Shown here: piece after piece, positions 28,003 through 35,275 of the stretch
Layout: each line of letters starts with the position of its first letter
How positions within the stretch are numbered: the stretch's first letter is position 1
Source of the DNA: a virus
Taxonomy: Duplodnaviria; Caudoviricetes
IMG/VR virus record: IMGVR_UViG_3300032295_004003
Location: 1-36,111 of that record
Direction: 5' to 3' (one strand)
DNA length: 36,111 nt
Translations under genes and position numbers: made by a program
Notes under the pieces: model-generated
What the model saw: only the letters and a program-made list of their open reading frames with translations
Told to the model about the DNA's origin: nothing
Databases searched by the model: none

Positions 28003-28385
28003 CAAATTATGAAAAAGTAAAAGAGTTTATGAACACTTTTGGTCAAAATGTTAATAATAAACCAACTATGATTGATTATAAAACGGCAAAACTTAGATTA
28101 GATTTAATCTATGAAGAGTATACAGAGCTTGAAGAAGCTATTTTAGACGAGAAAGATATAGTTTCTGTAGCCGATGCTTTAACTGATATTTTATACGTGA
28201 CTTATGGAGCAGGTCTTGCTTTTGGCATAGACTTAGATAAGTGTTTCAAAGAGGTTCACCGCTCTAACATGAGTAAACTAGGTTTAGATGGTAAACCTAT
28301 ATATAGAGAAGATGGTAAAGTTTTAAAAGGTCCTAACTATACAGAACCTGATTTAAAGTCTGTAATTGATAAACAACTAGACTAA
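27999..28385 (+). CDS. MazG-like/PRA-PH nucleotide pyrophosphohydrolase
   Basis: 'LIYEEYTEL', 'DALTDILYVTYG', 'EVHRSNMSK', 'REDGKVLKG'. Confidence 0.9.
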   Translation: MTNYEKVKEFMNTFGQNVNNKPTMIDYKTAKLRLDLIYEEYTELEEAILDEKDIVSVADALTDILYVTYGAGLAFGIDLDKCFKEVHRSNMSKLGLDGKPIYREDGKVLKGPNYTEPDLKSVIDKQLD

Positions 28386-28455
28386 GTAATATATAACTTG
28401 TACAAACCTTATAATTTTGATATTATTATATATAACATAAATTGAAGAGGTAATT

Positions 28456-28689
28456 ATGTCTGACAATATTCTTGAGTTTCCGGGTAAGACTTATGGTAAG
28501 ATTAACCCTGAGAAAATTGCTAAAGCTTTGTTGGAGGAAATCAACGATTTTGACTCTGTGCTTGTTTGTGGTTTTACAAAAGATGGTGATTTTTATCTTG
28601 CCTCTTCTGAGGGAGAGATCAAAGAAAACCTTTGGCTTATTGAAAATGTAAAAATGCAGTTGTGGGATTCTATGGCTGGAGAAGACTAA
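28456..28689 (+). CDS. hypothetical protein
   Basis: Upstream promoter TTGTAC-N17-TATTAT and GAGG SD. Confidence 0.75.
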   Translation: MSDNILEFPGKTYGKINPEKIAKALLEEINDFDSVLVCGFTKDGDFYLASSEGEIKENLWLIENVKMQLWDSMAGED

Positions 28690-28976
28690 TGTCTGATCAG
28701 TATGTTATTAAAAATACAGATAAGTCAAATATTTTCGAAGTTGTAAAGTTTTCTGAAAAAGATAACTCTTTTGTGACTTATAAAGTAACTAAAGGTCATA
28801 ATTATTATCGCTGTGATTGTCCAGGGTTTTATAGACAAAAAGAAAAAAAGGAACATAAGCATAGTAAGCTTGTCCAGTTTTGGGAAGATAATCTAGATTC
28901 TGAAATAGGATATACCTTTTGGTTCGATGGACCAGATATTGAATACTCTAGAACATCTTCTTGCGAGGAAGTTTAA
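28689..28976 (+). CDS. SWIM-type zinc-finger-like protein
   Basis: 'YRCDCPGF...HKH'; TAATG-coupled start at 28689. Confidence 0.65.
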   Translation: MSDQYVIKNTDKSNIFEVVKFSEKDNSFVTYKVTKGHNYYRCDCPGFYRQKEKKEHKHSKLVQFWEDNLDSEIGYTFWFDGPDIEYSRTSSCEEV

Positions 28977-28988
28977 TAAATTTTTTTC

Positions 28989-29017
28989 TTGCTTATCTTA
29001 TTATTTTTTGATAAGAT
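28989..29017 (+). promoter_or_regulatory. sigma70-type promoter
   Basis: TTGCTT-N17-TAAGAT with TG extended -10. Confidence 0.7.
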
Positions 29018-29023
29018 ATAAAT

Positions 29024-29467
29024 ATCTTGGATATAAAGCCGTCGCACCGAAATTTCGGTTAGTAGGTGGTCTTGGCGCCTTTATATTGCAAGACGTATCT
29101 TTGATTGTTTATTTACGTTAATTATAAATAATTAGGTTTTTGAATATTTTTACTTTAAGAGAATATTCAATTCTTTCTTATCTTAGAATCCGAAAATCTT
29201 AGATAATTATAGAAAGACGATGAGTTACATTCTCGTTAGGTAACAGGTTAGAGGCTACCCAGGCTTTGAGTTATCAAGGTTAAATCTATACCTACAAGCC
29301 TCACATTTTATTACGAATGTGTAATAAAAACTCTATGTTTTTATTAGAGACTTTGTGGGAGTATTTTTTACTTCGCGATGAGGTAGTTGTTGGCAGATCA
29401 ACTAGTTAAAAAACTGCCTTTAGTTATCTTTACAAAGAGTGATGCTTTTTGTAAAGATAATTTTTTT
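29024..29467 (+). ncRNA. unidentified ~440-nt structured RNA
   Basis: Bounded by its own promoter and terminator, with no convincing ORF. Consecutive hairpins at 29025-29093, 29140-29170, 29306-29329 and 29381-29419. Confidence 0.6.
29424..29467 (+). terminator. intrinsic terminator
   Basis: TTATCTTTACAAAGAG / CTTTTTGTAAAGATAA plus T7. Confidence 0.7.
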
Positions 29468-29478
29468 GTTGGATAATA

Positions 29479-30714
29479 ATGGCACAGATTCCAGATATTT
29501 TTAATCAATCCATGCAGAAAAACCCTAATCACCCATTTATTGTGGGATTGAATGGTTTATTTGTATCTAGAGAAGAAGTAAACTATAAAGCAAACTCTAT
29601 AGTAAGAGCCTTGCTAAATAAAGGCATAAAAAGAGGAGACGTTATTGCTGTAGTAATGTCTCCTAGCGTAAAATCAATTATAGCGGAAGTAGCTTGCTTC
29701 TTAGGCGGTTACCCTTTAATCTCTATTAAGTCTCCCAAAAGTTTAAAAAGTGTTATAGACGGAACTCAGAAAAAAGTAGAAAAAATATACAGAACTACAA
29801 ACTACAGAGTTCAGTATATCATAACTGAAGAAGCTTATGATGACCTTTTAAAAGGTATAAAAGTAGATTCTATAATAGATTATCCCGAACCCTCAGACCT
29901 AATGTATTTTGGTCAAACAGCAGGAACCACTGCTGTAAAAAATGCAATCGGTAAAATAAGTTTATGCTCAAGAGAAAAAGTATATACACAAATAGTATTA
30001 AATACTAATGATAATTGTGTTATAGACGATGAAGACTGTTTGTGGTATGCTTTTGGAAATCCTTATTCTATATACCACTCCAGAACTTTACAGAGTATAA
30101 TGATAAATTCTGGTTCAGTAGTTTATCATAATCCAGAAATACAAACCCCAGATTCTATTGCTTCTTTAATAGAAGAGCTACAACCTACTAGATTTTCTTA
30201 TTTAAAACCTGTTCCTAGTAATGCTTATGATAGAGAAAGAGTATCTAAGATAAGCCCATTACTAGCAATAGATTTAATGGAAAGACCTAATCAAGATTTG
30301 CTTTATATATTTAAAAAAGCAAAAATGTCTAGTAAAAGACTTAAATCATTTAAAATGATTGGTGCATCTTCTATTAGAAATTCTATAGGTTTAATTGAAG
30401 AAATTGAGTCTTATCACCCATTACTAAAATTTTACAACTCTTTTGGCTCTTCAGAGGTAGCAATAAAACTTGCTTCTCCTTGGAATGACACCTTAGAGAA
30501 TAGAATTCATAAACACGGTAAGAATAAGTGGGGAGACGATGTTTTAAAGTTAGATGACAATGGTCAAATGTTAATTCATACTGATTATGCTTGTCCCTAT
30601 ACTGAGAATTATAGTTCCTTTATTAAGGATGATGTATGGTTTAAGACAGCTAATAAATTTAAGTATGATGAAAATGGGTACTTTGAATTTCTAGGTAGGA
30701 TTAGAGATGATTAA
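29479..30714 (+). CDS. divergent ANL-superfamily AMP-binding protein lacking the C-terminal subdomain
   Basis: 'GIKRGDVIAV', degenerate P-loop 'QTAGTT', 'FGSSE', 'WFKTA...DENGYFEFLGR..DD' at the very end. Confidence 0.7.
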   Translation: MAQIPDIFNQSMQKNPNHPFIVGLNGLFVSREEVNYKANSIVRALLNKGIKRGDVIAVVMSPSVKSIIAEVACFLGGYPLISIKSPKSLKSVIDGTQKKVEKIYRTTNYRVQYIITEEAYDDLLKGIKVDSIIDYPEPSDLMYFGQTAGTTAVKNAIGKISLCSREKVYTQIVLNTNDNCVIDDEDCLWYAFGNPYSIYHSRTLQSIMINSGSVVYHNPEIQTPDSIASLIEELQPTRFSYLKPVPSNAYDRERVSKISPLLAIDLMERPNQDLLYIFKKAKMSSKRLKSFKMIGASSIRNSIGLIEEIESYHPLLKFYNSFGSSEVAIKLASPWNDTLENRIHKHGKNKWGDDVLKLDDNGQMLIHTDYACPYTENYSSFIKDDVWFKTANKFKYDENGYFEFLGRIRDD

Positions 30715-31714
30715 ATATTTAAAAATCATAACTCTTACTCTACTTATAAATTCTCCGTCTCACGCTTCAGACTTTTATAAAGATAAAACTATAAGATTGT
30801 ATTCTAATAGTGCCGTAGGATCTTTTCCTGATCTAACTGCTAGAATATTAGCTAAGCATTTAGAAACACATATCTCAGGAGTTTCTAATGTAATAGTAGT
30901 TAATAAACCTGGTGGTAGTGGTGTTATTGGTCCTAATTATTTATTAGAAGCAGTTCCTAGTGATGGAACAAATATAGGTTATTTTTCTAATATTTTATTA
31001 TCAAAATTTATAAAAAGTGAAGCAGTTTTAAAACTAGATCCCCAAGATCAAGTTACTACTCTTTTTGCCAATGTTAGATCTTCTGCTATTTTAGTATCTA
31101 GTAACAAAGTTAAAACAGTTTTTGATCTAAGAGATACACAATTAAGATTAAATTTTGGTTTGACAGGTAATCCATCTGCTGTTAATATAGTAGAACGATT
31201 AGCTTTTGATCTATTGGATATAAAAACAAATTATATCCCAGGGTACAAAAGTAATAATGATATACTTAGATCTGTAGAACAAGGTGAGACAGATGTAGTT
31301 GTTCATAACGCTAATCAATATAATGGAAGTTTTTATAATAACTGGGTAAAAACAAAAAAACTTACTCCATTATGGGTATCAACCTTTCAAAAAAATGTTG
31401 ACATCCACTCTATAAATGAGCTATACTACATTATAAATAAAAGAGAGCCACAAGGACTTAAATGGGACTCTTATAAATTTTTAGAAAGTGTTCAAGGTCA
31501 ACAACTTGTAATTCTTTCCTCTTCTCCTGAAGATGCTAAAAAAGCCTTAATAAAAGCTTTTGATAGTATAAAAAACTCTGATTCTTTTAAAAAAGATTTA
31601 CAAAGTAATCTAGGAGACAATGTTATTTATTATCTTGGTTTAGATGCTGATGACTATATTAAATCTATCAAACCATCTAAAGAGATCATTACTTATTTAA
31701 ATAAGCATTGGTAA
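30707..31714 (+). CDS. Bug/TctC tripartite tricarboxylate transporter substrate-binding protein-like
   Basis: Signal peptide; 'FYKDKTIRL', 'DLTARILAKHL', 'VVNKPGGSG..G.N', 'SDGTNIG', 'GY', 'QGETD'. Confidence 0.8.
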   Translation: MIKYLKIITLTLLINSPSHASDFYKDKTIRLYSNSAVGSFPDLTARILAKHLETHISGVSNVIVVNKPGGSGVIGPNYLLEAVPSDGTNIGYFSNILLSKFIKSEAVLKLDPQDQVTTLFANVRSSAILVSSNKVKTVFDLRDTQLRLNFGLTGNPSAVNIVERLAFDLLDIKTNYIPGYKSNNDILRSVEQGETDVVVHNANQYNGSFYNNWVKTKKLTPLWVSTFQKNVDIHSINELYYIINKREPQGLKWDSYKFLESVQGQQLVILSSSPEDAKKALIKAFDSIKNSDSFKKDLQSNLGDNVIYYLGLDADDYIKSIKPSKEIITYLNKHW

Positions 31715-31734
31715 AAATTAAAATAATTTTTTTC

Positions 31735-31763
31735 TTGCTTGTTTGAAAAATCTTTGTTAATAT
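31735..31763 (+). promoter_or_regulatory. sigma70-type promoter
   Basis: TTGCTT-N17-TAATAT followed by ACATAAAGATTGG. Confidence 0.7.
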
Positions 31764-31768
31764 ACATA

Positions 31769-32110
31769 AAGATTGGTTGGAAACAGTTGAGACACAAACA
31801 ATCTTAAAGGCCAATACAGAGCCACTGACTGATCATCAAAATCTGTACCTAAGCGTGCACGCGCTCCATGGAGAAAATCTCTCGACTGAAGGTAGGTCGT
31901 AAAACAAATCTGGTTGATTACCTAACCAAAAATCCGAGGTTTTTACGTATTGTTTTTATCGTTAATAAAAACATTAAAGGTTAAGAAGATCCTTTAAAAG
32001 TGTTCCTTCACTTAAAAAAGGCCGGACGCTGGTAGCTCGTCAAAAAATAAAGCCTACCCTAGTTTCTAATCGTTGCGTGTCAAATCCGCCGTTAAAGAAT
32101 AGATTTGAAA
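31769..32110 (+). ncRNA. unidentified ~340-nt structured RNA
   Basis: Own promoter and no ORF in the track. 5' GGTTGGAAAC is complementary to 3' GTTTCTAATC, and GACAC to GTGTC. Internal stems TACAGA/TCTGTA, CGTAAAA/TTTTACG, TGTTTTTAT/ATAAAAACA, TTAAAGG/CCTTTAA. Confidence 0.6.
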
Positions 32111-32122
32111 ATGATTTTTATC

Positions 32123-32151
32123 TTGCTTTGAGCTGAAAAGTTTGGTAAGAT
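32123..32151 (+). promoter_or_regulatory. sigma70-type promoter
   Basis: TTGCTT-N17-TAAGAT followed by ATATAAAGATTGG, nearly the same as the 31735 promoter. Confidence 0.7.
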
Positions 32152-32155
32152 ATAT

Positions 32156-33017
32156 AAAGATTGGCGGCATAACGTCGATAGGATAAGTTAGGTAACTAAC
32201 CCAAAGCAAGGATTCCTACAACCTTGCGCTCGAAAGAGTCCACTTATGCAAGCACAAGTCTACGGCTAAACCGTGTGTCATTTGAAAAAATGGCAATAAA
32301 CACGACTAGTAGGTACAGGTCCGAAAGGATAGATCTCAGAGCCAAATCGGTGAGAGACAAATGAGCAGCAACTCATACCTCTACATGCAAACTACTATAA
32401 TGCGATGACTAATGTGTAACAACTAAATCCGACTATTCGCGTAGAAGGGTGTGTTGTATTGTAAAGGTTTTTGGTTAGACTTGTTCTAAACAAGACCCTG
32501 AAACAAAGTCTAGTATCCCGCAAGGAGAGGGACAGTTGGTGTGTTGTATTTTGTATCTAACAAGATATAAAGCAACAGAGGTAGCACATCAAAGTAGGTT
32601 GCAAGCGTATATAGCTCAACAGGTAGAGCAATTGTCTTTTGGAACAATAAGTTAGAGGTTCAAGACCTCTTATACAGTCACTCAAAAAACGCAAAGACTG
32701 CCTCGGTACTATATGAAAAGTGCTTAATACCTTACCGAAAGGAATAAGGTGCATCGAAAGCCGCAAGCTCTAGATGTTCGTTAAAAGAAATAACATAATC
32801 CTTTAGCGGGGATGAGCTGCTCGTAAGGCAGGTGTTACGTAAATTGACGAGTAGTATAGTATGACAGTGTACAGCATCACTTTAAACTGCAGCACTGATT
32901 ACTACTAGGATACTCTTGAAATAGAGGCTTAGTGGATAACGGATTAACTCTCAGAGAGCAAATGAGAAGGTACGGTCCAAAGGTAATCGTTGTTAGCTTT
33001 AATCTCAGGCTAATGCT
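32156..33017 (+). ncRNA. GOLLD-like giant ornate RNA (~860 nt)
   Basis: Size, phage context, many GNRA-capped stems (GAAA, GCAA, GTAA) and an embedded tRNA. Segments match my recollection of the GOLLD consensus (5' GGCGGC..GTCGATA, TATGCAAG, GCAAAG after the linker, AGTGGATAA, 3' TAATCTCAG). Not verified by a covariance-model search. Confidence 0.75.
32605..32679 (+). tRNA. degenerate tRNA (8-nt anticodon loop CTTTTGGA, identity ambiguous) embedded in the GOLLD-like RNA
   Basis: D-arm GCTC/GAGC, anticodon stem ATTGT/ACAAT, T-arm AGAGG-TTCAAGA-CCTCT. Acceptor stem imperfect; no CCA. Confidence 0.65.
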
Positions 33018-33038
33018 TTAATAAAGGTCACTTTATTA

Positions 33039-33068
33039 TTGCCAAGTATACTAAAATATAGTATACTT
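33039..33068 (+). promoter_or_regulatory. sigma70-type promoter overlapped by a palindrome
   Basis: TTGCCA-N17-TATACT; inverted repeat AAGTATACTA-AAATA-TAGTATACTT. Confidence 0.6.
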
Positions 33069-33203
33069 AGTTATAATAAAGATTCAGGGGGAATACAAAC
33101 ATTATTGTAACCTGTGCACGTAGTCAGTCGTGCCCCGCATATCTAATACACTATGAACCTGTTACTGGTTCTCACGATAAAGTGATAGTAATTCTTAGTG
33201 TAT

Positions 33204-33736
33204 GGCAAGACTCTAGTTGGTAAACCGAAAGGGATATAGCAGAAAGTAGAGTCACTATGTATAGCGGGATTGGGGGCTATACATAACTTTAATAAAAAGC
33301 AGATACCTCCTTTCCAAATTTTCTGTTATTATTAATATACCCGCTGTCGGTGCTGAGGGGAAGCACAGATGGACAACACTAGGACACCGTTCGAATCGGG
33401 AACAGCGGGTTAACAAAGTTTTTAAATAGGCAAGGTTCGTAAAAGGAGGCGCAATCATTCCTTGGTTGCGGGTTTGGTGACGAATCATATCGCAGGCGGG
33501 TGAGGGGCTGTGCGAGATTTAGAATAAACTACTTACTTGTGTGCACAAAGTCGAAATAGTAGTTTTGGGGTATAATAAGTACGTAAAAACCCCATCAATT
33601 TTATAGAACCTTAGACTGGCTTGAGTTTACTCGCTTCTAAGGTTGGGTAGGACTCTTATTAATTTAGTTTGGTTTTACCAGTTGCCAAACTAATTAAAGT
33701 AGAGTCACCGTTTATAGCGGGAAGGGGGCTATAAGC
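33204..33736 (+). repeat. three dispersed copies of an ~85-nt structured motif (33204-33285, 33429-33515, 33646-33736)
   Basis: GGYAR-G-stem...stem-C-AY, followed by a hairpin ending GC-GGG-N2-3-GGG(G)-GCT in all three copies. Confidence 0.7.
33339..33410 (+). ncRNA. tRNA-like element lacking a proper anticodon arm
   Basis: 9-bp stem ACCCGCTGT/ACAGCGGGT, D-like arm GTGCT-GAGGGGA-AGCAC, T-loop CCG-TTCGAAT-CGG; no CCA. Confidence 0.6.
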
Positions 33737-33750
33737 ATATCATCATGGTT

Positions 33751-33787
33751 AAAGCCAAGGCAAAATTACCTTTTGTCTTGGCTTTTT
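33751..33787 (+). terminator. intrinsic terminator
   Basis: AAAGCCAAGGCAAAA / TTTTGTCTTGGCTTT plus T-tract. Confidence 0.7.
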
Positions 33788-33831
33788 CTGCTTCAAGAGA
33801 AGAAGCATTAACTTAATGGAGGTAAAATGAA

Positions 33832-34197
33832 ATGGCATATTGGGGTTATCATCTCGTACTAGACTGCGCCGAACTCGATCATGAGGCTATTACTAGTTAC
33901 GATACAATTTATAAGTTTACTAAGCAGCTTGTTAACGATATTGATATGGTTGCTTATGGAGAACCACAGATTGTTAACTTTGGATCTGGTAATAAGGCAG
34001 GTTATACTTTAGTTCAGCTAATTGAAACTTCTAATATATGCGCTCATTTTGTTCCAGACGATGGGATGGGAGGAAACGCTATGTATCTCGATGTTTTCTC
34101 TTGTAAGGAATATGATGATCAGATTGTTATTAATCTGGTGAAACAGTATTTTGGAGCTAAGTATGTAAGGCCCAACTACCTAACTAGACAGGCTTAA
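33832..34197 (+). CDS. speD: S-adenosylmethionine decarboxylase proenzyme (viral type)
   Basis: 'GYHLVLDC', 'LIETSNICAH' (pyruvoyl-forming Ser), 'YLDVFSCK'; GGAGG SD. Confidence 0.85.
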   Translation: MAYWGYHLVLDCAELDHEAITSYDTIYKFTKQLVNDIDMVAYGEPQIVNFGSGNKAGYTLVQLIETSNICAHFVPDDGMGGNAMYLDVFSCKEYDDQIVINLVKQYFGAKYVRPNYLTRQA

Positions 34198-34199
34198 GG

Positions 34200-34230
34200 A
34201 GCTGGGGTTAGAAATAACCCCAGTTTTTTT
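34200..34230 (+). terminator. intrinsic terminator
   Basis: CTGGGGTTA-GAAA-TAACCCCAG plus T7. Confidence 0.8.
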
Positions 34231-34232
34231 AT

Positions 34233-35126
34233 ATGCAGATTATATTAAAAACAAAACAAGAATCACGGCTTCATATAGACTGGGATATTAATTATAATTG
34301 CAATTATCGTTGCAGTTATTGCAAAACATATGAAACAGGTTGGAGTGCTACTTCTTTTGAAAAAGCTATTGTAGCAATAGATAACTTATATGGTTCTGTA
34401 CTAAAAAAGTCTTCTTTACCTATTACTATCTGGTTTAGTGGTGGAGAGCCCTCTATTCTACCTTGGTTTAAAGATTTTTGTATGTATATTAAAGGATTAG
34501 CTCCTGATATATACTTAGCTATGACTTCTAATGGTAGTCAACCTGTAGAACTATATTCAGAGCTACTCAAGGATAACTGGCTAGATTATATTTCTTTTAG
34601 TCTACATTTTGAGTTTGCTAAGCCATCTCACTTCTTAAATAAAATTCATTATCTAGTTGATAGGCATGGATTAGAACGTCTTTCTGTTATAGTGATGCAT
34701 GAAAAGCAATCTAGCGATCAAGCTTCTGATATACTGCTATCTTTAAAATCTTCAGATATAAAATCATCTACTCATTTAATTAGGGGCGATGATTATAAAA
34801 ACGATAGCAAGAGTGAAGAGTTTGTTCTCAGTAAGTATGATTCTAACATAAAAGATGTAGATATAAACGGTACGCATTATAATTCAGGATATATACTAGA
34901 TTTAATGCACTTTAATAAACACTCTTTTAAAAACTGGAAATGTTGGGCAGGAGTTGATCATTTTTATATTACAAAAGATTTTGATTTACTAGCAGCTTCT
35001 TGTGGTATAAAGTGTTTTGGAAACCTACTAGAGGATATATCTTACGATAGTGCTCCTATAATTTGTGATGGTAGATCCTGCATATGTAGCGCCAACGTTA
35101 AAATTAAGAAAGAGTATACTAAATAA
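34233..35126 (+). CDS. radical SAM protein with C-terminal SPASM/twitch-like cysteines
   Basis: CNYRCSYC, GGEP, 'TSNGS', 'CWAG...SCG...FGNL...C..C.C'. Confidence 0.9.
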   Translation: MQIILKTKQESRLHIDWDINYNCNYRCSYCKTYETGWSATSFEKAIVAIDNLYGSVLKKSSLPITIWFSGGEPSILPWFKDFCMYIKGLAPDIYLAMTSNGSQPVELYSELLKDNWLDYISFSLHFEFAKPSHFLNKIHYLVDRHGLERLSVIVMHEKQSSDQASDILLSLKSSDIKSSTHLIRGDDYKNDSKSEEFVLSKYDSNIKDVDINGTHYNSGYILDLMHFNKHSFKNWKCWAGVDHFYITKDFDLLAASCGIKCFGNLLEDISYDSAPIICDGRSCICSANVKIKKEYTK

Positions 35127-35141
35127 TTTTAAATTAAAGTT

Positions 35142-35170
35142 TTGGTATTTTTGTAAATCTTTGCTATAAT
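35142..35170 (+). promoter_or_regulatory. promoter
   Basis: TTGGTA-N17-TATAAT with TG extended -10. Confidence 0.6.
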
Positions 35171-35176
35171 TATAAA

Positions 35177-35266
35177 GTGAGTTGGTTATACAGATAATAC
35201 TTAGCCGAAAGGTTAGTTTGTGAACTGCCTTCAGACAAATCCTACATTTGTCACTGACCAACTCAC
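35177..35266 (+). ncRNA. ~90-nt three-way-junction RNA or structured leader
   Basis: Closing stem GTGAGTTGGTTA/TGACCAACTCAC; inner arms TTAGCC-GAAA-GGTTAG and GACAAAT/ATTTGTC. Begins at the predicted transcription start. Confidence 0.55.
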
Positions 35267-35275
35267 GTTAATTAC

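Larger units (their letters stand above)
33074..33787 (+). ncRNA. ~700-nt multi-module non-coding transcript (three motif copies plus a tRNA-like element)
   Basis: Promoter at 33039, terminator at 33751, no credible ORF, GC-rich structured modules separated by AT-rich linkers. Confidence 0.6.

Noticed and set aside
28927-29121. 64-aa ORF
   Set aside because: Runs across a promoter and the first ncRNA hairpin and overlaps the upstream gene; likely spurious.
33219-33246. c-di-GMP-I riboswitch-like fragment GGTAAACCGAAAGGGA
   Set aside because: Only a GNRA stem; no following GCAAAG or P3 receptor, and absent from the other two motif copies.
32557-33488. Minus-strand ORFs 32557-32766 and 33255-33488
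   Set aside because: Antisense to structured RNAs with plus-strand promoters; not protein-like.
33204-33736. CRISPR array
   Set aside because: Repeats are degenerate and irregularly spaced, and there are no cas genes. The Cas4-like nuclease at 6275 is a common standalone phage exonuclease.
31769-33787. tmRNA (one- or two-piece), RNase P RNA, SRP RNA, or group I/II intron
   Set aside because: I found no GGGG...TCCACCA acceptor, no GAGGAAAGTCC, no SRP GGAA-loop motif and no interrupted gene.
33600-33830. SAM riboswitch upstream of speD
   Set aside because: No SAM-I, II or V consensus recognised, and the motif also occurs twice further upstream. A novel cis role is not fully excluded.
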